From positions 128,001 through 192,000 of the forward strand of contig CAVYHV010000009.1 in the NCBI GenBank assembly GCA_963768425.1: 64,000 nt of DNA. The letters run 5' to 3'. Below, in pieces: positions 21,277 to 32,352 of this stretch (position 1 is the first letter of the stretch; every line of letters starts with the position of its first letter). Position numbers and translations under genes: made by a program. The DNA is from Candidatus Bathyarchaeota archaeon (GTDB lineage Archaea > Thermoproteota > Bathyarchaeia > Bathyarchaeales > Bathycorpusculaceae). Below the pieces are notes generated by a model that was not told the origin of the DNA, searched no databases, and saw only the letters and a list, made by a program, of their open reading frames with translations.

Positions 21277-21334
21277 AATTGTCAAGTTCAAAAAATTTTT
21301 GCAGAGTCAACTTGACAAATTTTGTCAAGTTCAA
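21277..21334. promoter_or_regulatory. Putative operator: perfect 11-1-11 inverted repeat plus an extra half-site
   Basis: aacttgacaaa-t-tttgtcaagtt at 21309-21331. ttgtcaagttcaa occurs at both 21279 and 21322. Confidence 0.6.
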
Positions 21335-21993
21335 CACTTCATCAATTAGCAAGCAAAATTTTCCGAAGATTAACGCGAATGGAGCCATGAATATTGTCAG
21401 CTATCGAATAACCTCTGGAGCTGAAAGCAGCATTTTCTGTCACGACTTGACGCTTTAGGCGAACATAAGGATGAAGACACGTTATAGGTTGATTTATTGC
21501 ATAAATAGAGTGCCTCAGAGGATTTTCGGCGGAGGCTTGTAGTTTCTGCTACTGCATCACTGTACAGTGTTATGTTTTTTAGTGCTAACTTGTTTGTTGA
21601 TTGGTTTGTACGCTGTATCGGATTGATTAGACGAAAATGTTAAGTGTTTACTGCACTGGTTGATTGTTTTTTAGCTTTGTTGTTGCTATCATCTTTCTGC
21701 CTCCAGTGGGCTGGAAGTACATATTTTTTGAAATTGGGTCAATGGTGTGAAGTTACAGGGTTTTTAGGAGCGTTTGGATTGTGTGTTGGTGGGTAACTTT
21801 ACTTAGCGATAACTTGACAGTAGCTCCATGAAACTATTTGAAAAGAGTTTTCTCCTCACACCTTAAATTTTTTATCTATTACAACAGCTGTTGAAATATT
21901 GCGGAAAAACAATAGGCAGATGCTTATCGTCATAGGTTATTAAAGTAGGCAGACTTAAGTACTTATTATATACAAGAAAAATGGGGACAACAA

Positions 21994-22899
21994 GTGGGAT
22001 CAGATTTAGACATCGAGTCTCTTTGGAGCGTTTTTGCTTGCCCGCAGTGTTCAGGCAGACTTGAGAAAACTGATTTCGGGGCGATGTGTACTTCTTGTAC
22101 CACTGAATTTAGGCAAACTGAGCATGGTCAGTTGGATTTACGCTTGAAAAAGGCGAAAAAAATAATAGTCGATTTTGTCATTTCTCCTTCTTTCGAACCA
22201 GATGAGACTGTGTTTGATTTTTTGCCACTCAATTCAACTTCTGAAAGCAAGATCAACCTTGAAGAGTTTGCGTCAATGTCCAAAGAAATTTCTAGTTATG
22301 TACCTATTCCTAGCTCAAAAAATAGTTTGATGTTGGATTTAGGATGTGGCGATGCAAAGTACAGGTCAAACTTTGAGCAGGCGGGCTTCAATTATTTAGG
22401 TTTAGATTATTGTTCGGAAAATGCAACTTTGCTGGGCGACGCGCATGCTTTGCCTTTTAAAGATGAGTCGTTTGAGCTTATTTTTAGCAGATCCGTATTT
22501 GAGCATTTGCAGTATCCATTCGTTGCTATGAATGAAGCCTATCGTGTGTTGAAGAGAAATAGCCGATTTTTTGGGTCTATTGCGTTTCTTGAGCCTTTCC
22601 ACGGACGAAGTTTCTACCATCCTACCCACTATGGTCTTTTGAACTACTTCAAACATGCTGGTTTTTCTGTTCAGCATATTTCACCTAATCCTAAATGGGA
22701 CGTATTAACTGCTCAGGCATCTATGGCTCTGTTTCCGAAACTGCCTAATGCAATAAGTATAGCACTCGTGTCTCCATTGAGGCTAACTCACAAAGTATAT
22801 TGGAAAATAGGCCATTTACTTAAGCCTAATCAAAGTAACGAACTCACTCGACTTCTTTGGACAACTGGCTCTTACGAGTTTGTCGCTACAAAAAATTAA
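21994..22899 (+). CDS. Class I SAM-dependent methyltransferase with N-terminal zinc ribbon
   Basis: CPQC...CTSC, LDLGCG, GDAHALPF and VFEHL. Confidence 0.85.
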   Translation: MGSDLDIESLWSVFACPQCSGRLEKTDFGAMCTSCTTEFRQTEHGQLDLRLKKAKKIIVDFVISPSFEPDETVFDFLPLNSTSESKINLEEFASMSKEISSYVPIPSSKNSLMLDLGCGDAKYRSNFEQAGFNYLGLDYCSENATLLGDAHALPFKDESFELIFSRSVFEHLQYPFVAMNEAYRVLKRNSRFFGSIAFLEPFHGRSFYHPTHYGLLNYFKHAGFSVQHISPNPKWDVLTAQASMALFPKLPNAISIALVSPLRLTHKVYWKIGHLLKPNQSNELTRLLWTTGSYEFVATKN

Positions 22900-23163
22900 C
22901 TTGTCCAAAATTTTCAGCATCACTACAATTAATCGGCTTATGAGTTTTCAATCTTGTACGATGCTTTTTTCTCAAATGGCCTTTTCTTCTAAGAAGGTTT
23001 CTTTGACATGATGAATCGTATCTGTCCCGTCAGATTATTTTTGATGAATTTGATTCCGAGATTTTGCTGGCGATGTGAAACTTAGTTTGGGCTCCAAAGG
23101 AATTGTTTTTTTGTTTCAGCAAATATTAATAGCTAAATTTAGCTAAGGGGTGGTCGAAAACAA

Positions 23164-24033
23164 GTGAACGATAGTGTTAGCGTCGTTATATGCATTAGGA
23201 ACGAGGAAAACTACATTAAAGAATGCATTGATTCGATTTTGCGTCAGTCTTTTTCTAACTTTGAGCTTATTGTAATTGATGATCAAAGCGCTGATGATAC
23301 CGCAAACATAATTGGTAAATTTACTGATAAGCGTATAAAATATTTTAGGAACGAAAAATGGCTCGGTATTCCTGGGAGCCGAAACGTGGGGTGGAAAAAA
23401 GCATCAGGAGAGTATGTTTTTTTCACTGATGGTGATTGTACTGTATCTGAAAACTGGATTGAAGAAGGCCTAAATTATTTCAAGACTTGTGATTGCCTTG
23501 CGGTTGAAGGAGCTATAATATTATGTGTCGAAGGATTATGAGCCAACATTTTCAGATTATGTCATGGAGAATAAGCATGGAAACAAGTTCATGTGCGGTT
23601 GTATTGCTTACAAAAAGAAGGTAATTCAAACCGTTGGGGGCTTTGACGAGGAAATGGCTTATTTTGAAGATAGAGACATTGCCTATAAAATTCTGCAGTT
23701 AGGTAAAATTTGCTTTAGTCCAAAAATGCTCGTTACCCACCCTCGTGTAACTCGAACGCCAAAAAGTTTCGTTAAGTCAGCCTCCCGTACAAGATACAGA
23801 GTTACCTTATTCAAGAGATATGGTGACAAAGAATGCATCGTTGGCCGTATTGTTCGTCCATTTAACTTGGTTAAAATGCTTTTTCCTCCTGCAATTTTTG
23901 TAAGTCTCTTTTACTAACAGAGTTCGAGGGACCCAATGACTACAAATTGTTACCTTTTACGTATATTTATGTGATTTCTGAACGTTTGCAATTATGGCGC
24001 ACGTGTATTAAAAAGAGAGTTTTCCTGATATAG
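23164..24033 (+). CDS. GT2 glycosyltransferase, interrupted by frameshifts near 23520 and 23910-23935
   Basis: RNEE..CIDS, IDDQS.D, FTDGDC, then GGFDE..EDRD, then a third segment DYKLLPFTY..ERLQLW..RVFLI*. Confidence 0.78.
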
Positions 24034-24226
24034 TCGACACAGGATAGTGCACAATTTAAGGGATTTTAGCTAGATAGATTTTCGATGAATATTTACCATT
24101 TGCAATTAACATCACAATGTAGGCAAACCCCTTCAAGTATCTGCACGGAAAAAGATTCCGACTACATTGTAACATAATTTTAATTTGTTGACAGGGAAAG
24201 AAAATACATGCTTGCTTTCTTGTGCT

Positions 24227-24600
24227 TTATTTCCACTCCACGTTTTGCTTTATAAGCTTAGCAAGTACAGCTGCAGCCAAACAGTGGTCAGGTATATCTT
24301 TGGCGACCAATGGCGCCCGATGCCACGATTGCTCCATCGCCTATCGTTTCACCTTTAAATATGGCTGCTTTGCTTCCAATCCACACATGCTTGCCTATCT
24401 CCACTGCCTTGGACATTTCATATCCATCTCTAACTATCTCATGATAATCTGAGTCTGTTATCTCCACATTCCAAGAAATCATGCCGCCATCGCCAATTTT
24501 GATGTGTTTACAGCACAAAATGTTTGCATACGAGTTATCTACACGTTATCTCCAATTTCCAAGATGCGCATGCCAACTCTCGCAATTAGGGCACTTTGTA
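24227..24600 (-). pseudogene. Hexapeptide-repeat acyltransferase remnant
   Basis: ILEIGDNV*INSYANILCCKHIKIGD..ISWNV.ITDSDYH...IGKHVWIG...IGDGAIVA [frameshift] KDIPDHCLAA..KQNVEWK*. Confidence 0.72.
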
Positions 24601-24808
24601 TATTCGTTAACGCGCCTATTGGATATTTACAGCAGCGATGTAAGGCATATTTTCTTTTCCACTAAAATTGGGGTTTTATCATAGATGAGGCATTTTCAAA
24701 AGTACATCTTAAAAACCTCCAAAACGCTATTTGTCAGGATTTTTTTGCGACAGGCAAAGTAATAAAAATGAGCATGTAATAAAAAAGAAATGCTAGGACG
24801 TTTTAAAA

Positions 24809-25735
24809 TTGTCCCGTACATCTGCGTTTGTGAGTATCGGCTTACCGGTATATAACAGCGCAAAGTACCTCAAGTTTCAGCTTGACTCTCTTTTAGCTCA
24901 GACTTATTCCAATTTTGAAATTGTGATTTCTGATAATGCATCAATTGACCAGACTGAGCAGATTTGTCGGGACTATGCAGCTAATGACAGTCGAATTCGA
25001 TATCATCGCAACCAAAGAAATATTGGCGCTCCAATGAACCATAACCGAGTTTTTAAGTTGTCTTCAGGGGAATTTTTCAAGTGGGCTGCATATGATGACT
25101 TGCATGCTCCAACGTATTTAGAAAAATGCATGTCAGTAATTAACAAAGATTCTTCTATAATATTATGTCACTCAAGAACGGGGCGCATCAATGAACTCGG
25201 TGAGTTGGTAGGAAGATATCATGGTGCCCCTAATAATCGTCTCATTTCAGGAAAGCCCTATGAGCGTTTTGGTGTATTCATGAGTTTATATTTTCCATGC
25301 TGGGATCTTTTTGGTGTAATACGTCGGACCTATCTTGAGAAAACCCCACTCCAGAGAAGTTTCGTTGGATCGGATAGAAACTTATTGGCCGAAATAACAC
25401 TTATGGGCAAAACATATGAACTTCCAGAGACTCTTTTTTTTGGAAGAGATCACTCGGGATCGTATACAGGAACATTTTACAAGCAAAATCGTGTTACCAA
25501 TCGGGAGAGTTACCGCAAACAGTTGGATTGGTGGACAGCTGATAACTTGATACCTTTGCCAAATCTGAAAAATTACATCGAGTACTTTAATTCGGTAATT
25601 CGCGTTCCACTCAAACAATCAGAAAAAATAGCATGCTACAATCAGATAATTAGATGTTTTGCCAAGGAAGGATGGTTGCTCATCGGAAAAGATTTGAAGG
25701 ATCGAGTACTTTATTCACTTGAAAGTGGCAGTTAG
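24809..25735 (+). CDS. GT2 glycosyltransferase
   Basis: SIGLPVYN, ISDNAS.D, FFKWAAYDD and GSDR. This type often accompanies the rfbF/C-methyltransferase cassette. Confidence 0.9.
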   Translation: MSRTSAFVSIGLPVYNSAKYLKFQLDSLLAQTYSNFEIVISDNASIDQTEQICRDYAANDSRIRYHRNQRNIGAPMNHNRVFKLSSGEFFKWAAYDDLHAPTYLEKCMSVINKDSSIILCHSRTGRINELGELVGRYHGAPNNRLISGKPYERFGVFMSLYFPCWDLFGVIRRTYLEKTPLQRSFVGSDRNLLAEITLMGKTYELPETLFFGRDHSGSYTGTFYKQNRVTNRESYRKQLDWWTADNLIPLPNLKNYIEYFNSVIRVPLKQSEKIACYNQIIRCFAKEGWLLIGKDLKDRVLYSLESGS

Positions 25736-26030
25736 CTTCTTTTGAAAATAGCTGAAAAAACTTCCTTCATATTAAATAAGGGAACGAATTGAAATTTCAA
25801 TTTATTAGATTTCAAATGTGCCTACATTTTTTTGATAGGCATTACACCGCTAAATGAACATGTAATTGCATGATCTTTTTTAGCTGGCAAAGAAAAGGAT
25901 TGTTATTTCCCATAGAAGTTGTAAATTGTTAAAAAAATAAGAGTTAATAAAAATTTTCAATACTAATGCAGGATACGAAAGCAATATATTGAGGTTTACG
26001 AGATCAAACTAAATTGTGAAGTGACGCTTC

Positions 26031-27071
26031 GTGCGAGTTCTTGTAACTGGAAACAGAGGATATATTGGTACAGTAATGGTGCCCATGTTACAGGCAGCAG
26101 GGTTTGAAGTCAAAGGTTTTGATAGTGATCTCTTCGATGGGTGTGTCTTCGGTGATCAGTCTATTGGCATTATCTCCGATATCTCTTATATCAAGAAAGA
26201 TATTCGAGACGTTGAACTATCTGATTTAAGAGGGATGGACGCCGTAGTGCATCTTGCTGCTCTTTCCAATGATCCTCTTGGGAACCTTAATCCTGAGGTG
26301 ACCTATGAGATTAATCATCAAGCATCGGTCAAATTAGCAAAGCTTGCAAAAAAGGCTGGTGTTCAACGTTTTATTTTATCTTCTTCGTGCAGCACTTATG
26401 GGGCTGCTGGCTCGGAAGTCGCAACTGAGGAATCAGAACTTAACCCCGTAACACCTTATGGGACTTCTAAGATGCTTGCGGAGAAGGACATATCGAAACT
26501 CGCGGATCGTAATTTCGGCCCAACTTTTCTTCGTTCAGCAACAGCTTATGGCGTATCTCGAATGTTGCGCTTTGACATTGTTCTAAATAATCTCGTCGCA
26601 TGGGCTTATACCACGGGTTCGGTAATGTTAAAAAGTGACGGTACTGCTTGGCGTCCGATTGTTCACATTGAAGATATTTCGAGAGCTTTCATTGCTGTTC
26701 TTAACTCTCCTTTAGATCTTGTTCGAAATCAAGCTTTCAACGTTGGCATAACGTCAGAGAATTTCCAAACGCGTGATATCGCCGAAATCGTGAAAGAGAC
26801 GGTGCCCGGATCTAAAATTGAATATGCAAAAGATGCAGAACCAGACAAGCGTTCTTACCGTGTCGATTTCAGTAAGATATCCAAAACTTTGCCTGAATTT
26901 AAGCCTAAGTGGACCGCACGTTTGGGATCAAAACAGCTTTATGAAGCTTATAAAAAAGTCGGTCTCAATTTAGAAGACTTTGAGGGTCCACGGTACCGAC
27001 GTATTACACATCTTGAAAATAGCCTTAAATCCAAACTGTTGGATGAAACTCTGCGCAGGACGAATTCTTAA
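26031..27071 (+). CDS. NAD-dependent sugar epimerase/dehydratase
   Basis: [26 protein letters not shown] and YGTSK. Confidence 0.9.
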   Translation: MRVLVTGNRGYIGTVMVPMLQAAGFEVKGFDSDLFDGCVFGDQSIGIISDISYIKKDIRDVELSDLRGMDAVVHLAALSNDPLGNLNPEVTYEINHQASVKLAKLAKKAGVQRFILSSSCSTYGAAGSEVATEESELNPVTPYGTSKMLAEKDISKLADRNFGPTFLRSATAYGVSRMLRFDIVLNNLVAWAYTTGSVMLKSDGTAWRPIVHIEDISRAFIAVLNSPLDLVRNQAFNVGITSENFQTRDIAEIVKETVPGSKIEYAKDAEPDKRSYRVDFSKISKTLPEFKPKWTARLGSKQLYEAYKKVGLNLEDFEGPRYRRITHLENSLKSKLLDETLRRTNS

Positions 27072-27123
27072 GTGAACGAAAGCTTCTTAAAAACTTGAAG
27101 AGCAATAATGAGAGGAATATACT

Positions 27124-28413
27124 ATTAACGAAAATAATTTCCCAAAGTGCCGATTTTGTGGGACACCCTTACAACATACATTTGTGGATTTAGGAATGCA
27201 ACCTCTTTGTGAAAGTTATATAAAGGCAGAAGAGCTAAACCGAATGGAACCCTTCTATCCGCTTCACGTACGAGTTTGCGATAACTGTTTTCTAGTCCAA
27301 TTAGATGAGTACGTGTCTCCTAAAGAAATCTTTAGTGAGTATGCTTATTATTCGTCATATTCAGAGGCTTGGTTAGCGCACGCACGAAACTATGTTGACA
27401 TGATTGCTGAAAGGCTTCAACTCAGTAAGAACAGTCTGGTAGTGGAAATAGCAAGTAACGATGGTTATCTACTTCAGTACTTTTTAAAGAAAGAAATCCC
27501 CGTATTAGGTATTGAACCTGCGGCAAACGTTGCTCAGGTAGGGATAAAGAAAGGCATTCCAACCATTGTAGACTTCTTCAATTTGGATTGTGCACATGCG
27601 TTATTGAATAAAGGGCAAAGCGCCGATTTGATTATAGGAAATAATGTTCTTGCTCAGGTAACTGACCTCAACGGGTTTGTAGAGAGTATGAAAGTTTTGC
27701 TCAAATCTTCAGGTGTAATCACTATGGAGTTTCCCCACCTGATGAAGTTAGTTGATGGAAATCAGTTTGACACAATTTATCATGAACATTTTTCCTATTT
27801 TTCGCTATTAACAGTGGAGAAAATTTTCGCCGCGCACGGTTTATCGATTTTTGACGTAGACGAACTTAATACACACGGCGGCTCCTTGCGAATTTATGCC
27901 TGCCATAACGGAAATCTATCTGAACCTGTTAGAAATTCTGTTATTGACTTAAGAGCAAGAGAAAAGCAGCAAAACTATGATAAGTTAGAGACATATTTTA
28001 CGTTTGCTGAAAAGGTACGCGCAACAAAAAGAGATCTCCTAGATTTTCTTATTCATCTAAAACGTGAAAAGAAATCTATTGCTGGCTATGGCGCCCCTGG
28101 TAAAGGAAACACGCTTCTTAACTATTGCGGCATACGGTCCGATTTCCTCGATTATACTGTTGATCGCAATCCTTACAAACATGGTAGATTCCTTCCCGGA
28201 ACTCATGTTCCAATATTTTCCCCCGAGCAAATTGAAAAAACTAAACCTGATTATGTGTTCATTTTGCCTTGGAATATTAAAGAAGAAATAATGAATCAGT
28301 TGTCTTATATTAAGAACTGGAATGGTAAATTCATAGTTCCTATTCCAGAAGTGAGAGTGTATGATCCAAGCAAAAAAGATTTTGGAGTTTCAGCCAATAG
28401 CGAGGTTGAATAA
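27124..28413 (+). CDS. NDP-hexose C-methyltransferase (zinc-binding N-terminus, C-methyltransferase C-terminal domain)
   Basis: CRFC in frame upstream of GTG 27184, C..C.LVQL, EIASNDGYLL, DTIYHEH and GYGAPGKGNT. Likely ATT start at 27124 after GAGAGGA. Confidence 0.88.
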   Translation: MNENNFPKCRFCGTPLQHTFVDLGMQPLCESYIKAEELNRMEPFYPLHVRVCDNCFLVQLDEYVSPKEIFSEYAYYSSYSEAWLAHARNYVDMIAERLQLSKNSLVVEIASNDGYLLQYFLKKEIPVLGIEPAANVAQVGIKKGIPTIVDFFNLDCAHALLNKGQSADLIIGNNVLAQVTDLNGFVESMKVLLKSSGVITMEFPHLMKLVDGNQFDTIYHEHFSYFSLLTVEKIFAAHGLSIFDVDELNTHGGSLRIYACHNGNLSEPVRNSVIDLRAREKQQNYDKLETYFTFAEKVRATKRDLLDFLIHLKREKKSIAGYGAPGKGNTLLNYCGIRSDFLDYTVDRNPYKHGRFLPGTHVPIFSPEQIEKTKPDYVFILPWNIKEEIMNQLSYIKNWNGKFIVPIPEVRVYDPSKKDFGVSANSEVE

Positions 28414-29195
28414 TGAAAGTCGTTCTTTTTTGCGGCGGTTTGGGCATGAGATTACATCCAACTACCGAAACTGTTCCTAAACCATTAGTTACTGTAGGCG
28501 AGAAACCTATACTTTGGCATCTTATGAAATATTACTCTCATTTCGGGCATAATGATTTTATTCTTTGCCTAGGTTATAAGGGAGAAAAAATCAAGAAGTA
28601 CTTCTTAGACTACGATGAATGTCTTTCGAGTGATTTTGTCCTTTCAAATGGCGGTAGAGATCGTACGCTTATTGCCGAGAATAATGATAGTCGACGAATA
28701 ACTTTTGTGGAAACTGGCATTAATTCGAATATTGGACAAAGATTAAAAGCCGTGCAAAAATACCTTGAAGGAGAGGAAACTTTTTTAGCTAATTATAGCG
28801 ATGGATTGACGAATCTTCATCTGCCAACAATTATTGATTTTTTTACCAAAAGAAACAAAATAGGCTGTCTCTTGGCAGTGAAACCTTTTCATTCTTATCA
28901 TGCAATATCATCAAATGAGGATGGGTTAGTCTCAGAGATAACTCCGTTGGCTCAATCTAACATAAGAATTAACGGTGGGTACTTTGTTTTCAAAAATGAA
29001 ATATTTGATTATATAAAAAACGGTGAAGAACTCGTTAATGAACCGTTCCAAAGACTAATCGCAAAACAAGAACTTTTAGCATATAAATTTGACGGCTTCT
29101 GGGCGAACATGGATACCTACAAAGATAAACAGCAACTTGACGAGTTAGCTTCAGCTGGTAAAGCTCAATGGCAAGTATGGCTATCCAAAAGTTAA
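28413..29195 (+). CDS. rfbF: Glucose-1-phosphate cytidylyltransferase
   Basis: FCGGLGMRL, PKPLV, LCLGYKG, INGGYF and GFWANMDT. Confidence 0.85.
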   Translation: MKVVLFCGGLGMRLHPTTETVPKPLVTVGEKPILWHLMKYYSHFGHNDFILCLGYKGEKIKKYFLDYDECLSSDFVLSNGGRDRTLIAENNDSRRITFVETGINSNIGQRLKAVQKYLEGEETFLANYSDGLTNLHLPTIIDFFTKRNKIGCLLAVKPFHSYHAISSNEDGLVSEITPLAQSNIRINGGYFVFKNEIFDYIKNGEELVNEPFQRLIAKQELLAYKFDGFWANMDTYKDKQQLDELASAGKAQWQVWLSKS

Positions 29196-29218
29196 CGTAA
29201 GATCGTGATCGGACAAAA

Positions 29219-29873
29219 ATGTTAAAACTAAACTTTTTCGCTTCTAATCAGAACCACCCTAAAATTCTTTGTCTGGGAGCCCATCCTGATGACATAGAAA
29301 TTGGTTGTGGCGGAACACTTCTAAGAATAATAGACGAAGTTCCAAACGCTTGCTTCTATTGGGTTGTGTTCAGCGGTAATGAGCAAAGACAAAAAGAAGC
29401 TATTGAAAGCGCAGAGATTTTTTTAAAGAAACTCGAAAATAAAAATATAATTATTAAGCATTTTCAAGAATCATATTTTCCGTTTATAGGCGCACAAATC
29501 AAAAATTATTTTGAAGAGCTAAAAGTGGAGTTCTCTCCTGACATAGTATTCACCCATTACAAAAAAGATGCACATCAAGACCATCGCTTAATCTCTGATT
29601 TAACGTGGAACACCTTCCGAGATCATTTTATACTTAGAATATGAAATTCCAAAGTATGATGGAGATTTGAGCACTCCAAATGCCTATGTAGATTTAGGAG
29701 AACGTCATGTAAATAAAAAAATTTCACATATTCTTGATGTCTTTGAAACACAAAAAGGTAGATCTTGGTTCACTGAGGATACTTTCAGATCTATTTTGAG
29801 GTTGCGTGGTATAGAGTCTAATGCCCAAGGAAAATACGCAGAGGGCTTTTACTGTCGTAAAATTGTTTTTTAA
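29219..29873 (+). CDS. PIG-L family deacetylase, one frameshift near 29636
   Basis: GAHPDDIEIGCGG and DAHQDH. Removing one base gives ILEYEIPKYDGD and joins the two ORFs. Confidence 0.82.
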
Positions 29874-29943
29874 TTTACAAATAGGTTCACATAATTTTAA
29901 CTGCTAAATGAGATTTGTCCAAGTTTCAAGGAGGTCAACGCAA

Positions 29944-30795
29944 ATGGAATATAAAGAATTAGTTAAAGGAGTTAAAGTACCTGTACTTGGAGTTGGAACT
30001 TGGGGATTGGGCGGCAAGCATTCTGCTGATTATTCTAATGATCAGGCCTCCATAGCTGCAATCATTCAAGGAATAGATTTTGGGTTAACACACATTGATA
30101 CAGCTGCTTATTACGGTGCAGGTCATTCTGAAGAACTAGTTGGAAAAGCCATTGAACAATATGATAGAGAAGATCTTTTTATAACAACCAAAATATACCG
30201 AACAAACCTGAGCTATGAAAAAGTCATCTCGTCAGTTAAAGACAGCTTGCACCGTATGAATATTGATTATGTAGATCTTTGCCTCATTCATTGGCCTAGC
30301 GATACAGTCCCACTTCATGAAACGATGAAGGCCTTGGAGACCTGTGTTGACGATGGATTAAGTAGGTTCATTGGAGTAAGCAACTTTTCGCTTAGATTGT
30401 TTCAAGAGGCTCAGAGTTATTTGGAGCGATACTCTCTTGTTGCTGATCAAGTTTATTATAATGTAACACGGTCAAACAAGACCTATTTCAACGGTCTTTC
30501 TGTAAACGAACTATACTCATATTGCAAGGCGAACGGCATTCTGCTAATTGCCTGGTCTCCTCTGGAAGAAGGAAAGCTGGCTAAACCGGGCTTTTTAGTA
30601 TTGGACGAACTTGCACAAAAATATGGCAAAACTCAAGCTCAAATATCACTTAACTGGCTAATCTCACAAGATAATATTATTACCGTACCTAAGGCAACAG
30701 ATTCTGATCACATTAAAGAGAATTTGGGTGCTCTCGGTTGGAAACTTAGTCCAGCTGACTCCAAAAGACTAAGCGAAAGCTTTGTCTCTGTCTGA
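29944..30795 (+). CDS. Aldo/keto reductase
   Basis: GVGTWG, IDTAAYYG, DLCLIHWP, IGVSNF and AWSPL. Confidence 0.9.
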   Translation: MEYKELVKGVKVPVLGVGTWGLGGKHSADYSNDQASIAAIIQGIDFGLTHIDTAAYYGAGHSEELVGKAIEQYDREDLFITTKIYRTNLSYEKVISSVKDSLHRMNIDYVDLCLIHWPSDTVPLHETMKALETCVDDGLSRFIGVSNFSLRLFQEAQSYLERYSLVADQVYYNVTRSNKTYFNGLSVNELYSYCKANGILLIAWSPLEEGKLAKPGFLVLDELAQKYGKTQAQISLNWLISQDNIITVPKATDSDHIKENLGALGWKLSPADSKRLSESFVSV

Positions 30796-30836
30796 ATAAT
30801 TCGCTGATAAAAGGGAATCATTGAGTTGAAAATTGC

Positions 30837-32039
30837 ATGAAGTTTGAAGTTAGAAAATCTCCTAAACCTTGCCCATTATGCGGTAAAATGGAATCAATAA
30901 TTTTCTTTGAAGAAACTAATATTCCTTGCAGCTGTAACCAATTATGGCCCACCAAGGCAAAAGCTGTCAACTGCCCCAAGGGAGATATTGTATTGGCCTT
31001 TTGTCCTTCTTGCAGGTTTATTACCAATTGTGCTTTAGAGCCTGATAAAAATCAGTACAATTCAATGTATGATAATTCTCTATTTTATTCTGCGCATTTC
31101 CAAAGTTTTGCGGAAGAATTCGTGGCAGGTTTAATTAAGCAATACGATTTGCACAACAAAACTGTCATGGAAATAACTTGCGGAAAAGTCAATTTTCTTT
31201 CGTTTTTCTCTACTATGGGTCCCAATAACACAGTTAAATTAAGTACCTTATCCGGTGCTGGCGGAAAAATTATCAACGCCGCCGCATCATCTACGCCAGT
31301 AATAGACGGTACCATAGGCAGTAGTGAAGCCCAAAAAATTGATTTTGTTTTTTCTTATCATGAACTAGAGCATGCTAACTCTCCGAAGGGTTTCTTGGGT
31401 CTTTTGCGGAAAAAACTTGGTGGCAACTTAGAGACTGTCATTTTCTTGGCTGTTCCTAATGCATTAAAAGCTTTTGATGAAGGTAGTTTTTCAGATATTA
31501 TTTACGAGCACGTTTCGTACTTTACGGTCCCTTCTCTTTATTTTCTCTTTGACTGCTGTGGCTTTAGGATTTTAGATATTACTGAAACAAAAGGTGGAAT
31601 TTTCGATTCAATTTATATTGTTGCTCAATTGAAAAGTCCCGATACCTCTTCATCCAAGTTAGAATCGGCGTTGGAAACTCGGCGCATTGAGGATGCCGTT
31701 CTTTCATTTGGTATGAAATCAAATGAAATGCTTTCTAAACAAACTGAATTGCTTGTGCAATTTTTAGATCAGGGGAAGAAGATCGTAGTTTGGGGCGCAG
31801 GAGCGAGAGGTGTTACTTTCTTAAATTTATTCGGTGATCTACGAGTCGAGTACGCTGTTGATATTAATCCTCGAAAACAGGGCAAGTATGTGCCTGGAAC
31901 GGGGCAAAAAATTGTTGATCCGCGATTTTTGTTAACTTACAAACCGGATTTTATCGTTATAGCAAATCCCGCATATGAAAGAGAGATCAGAAAGATTGTT
32001 AATGATCTTGGAGTAAAGACCGAATTTATTTTGATATAA
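30837..32039 (+). CDS. Second C-methyltransferase-family protein (class I SAM, Zn motif)
   Basis: CPLC...CPSC, DIIYEHVSYF, WGAGARG and DINPRKQGKYVPGTG. Confidence 0.8.
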   Translation: MKFEVRKSPKPCPLCGKMESIIFFEETNIPCSCNQLWPTKAKAVNCPKGDIVLAFCPSCRFITNCALEPDKNQYNSMYDNSLFYSAHFQSFAEEFVAGLIKQYDLHNKTVMEITCGKVNFLSFFSTMGPNNTVKLSTLSGAGGKIINAAASSTPVIDGTIGSSEAQKIDFVFSYHELEHANSPKGFLGLLRKKLGGNLETVIFLAVPNALKAFDEGSFSDIIYEHVSYFTVPSLYFLFDCCGFRILDITETKGGIFDSIYIVAQLKSPDTSSSKLESALETRRIEDAVLSFGMKSNEMLSKQTELLVQFLDQGKKIVVWGAGARGVTFLNLFGDLRVEYAVDINPRKQGKYVPGTGQKIVDPRFLLTYKPDFIVIANPAYEREIRKIVNDLGVKTEFILI

Positions 32040-32352
32040 GCACTTTTAGCCTGTTATGTAATTAATGGGCGAACCAATAATTTTTTTGTTACCGCTTACG
32101 CGTAGTCAAAATCACCTTAAATGACAGTAGTTTAAATTTAATATCCATATTTTGATCACTAACTACCTGAAGGGCAAAAACCAAATTATTTTTTCTCGTA
32201 CTTTTCTTTCGCTCATAAGACCTTTTCAACGGCGTGGTTTAAATTTGCCTATTGAAGAAATAGTCAAAACTTAAAAAGCTAAAACAAATTAACACTATTA
32301 TTCAGATAATAACTCCAATCAAAATAAGAAGGGTTCCAAACATATCTCTATT

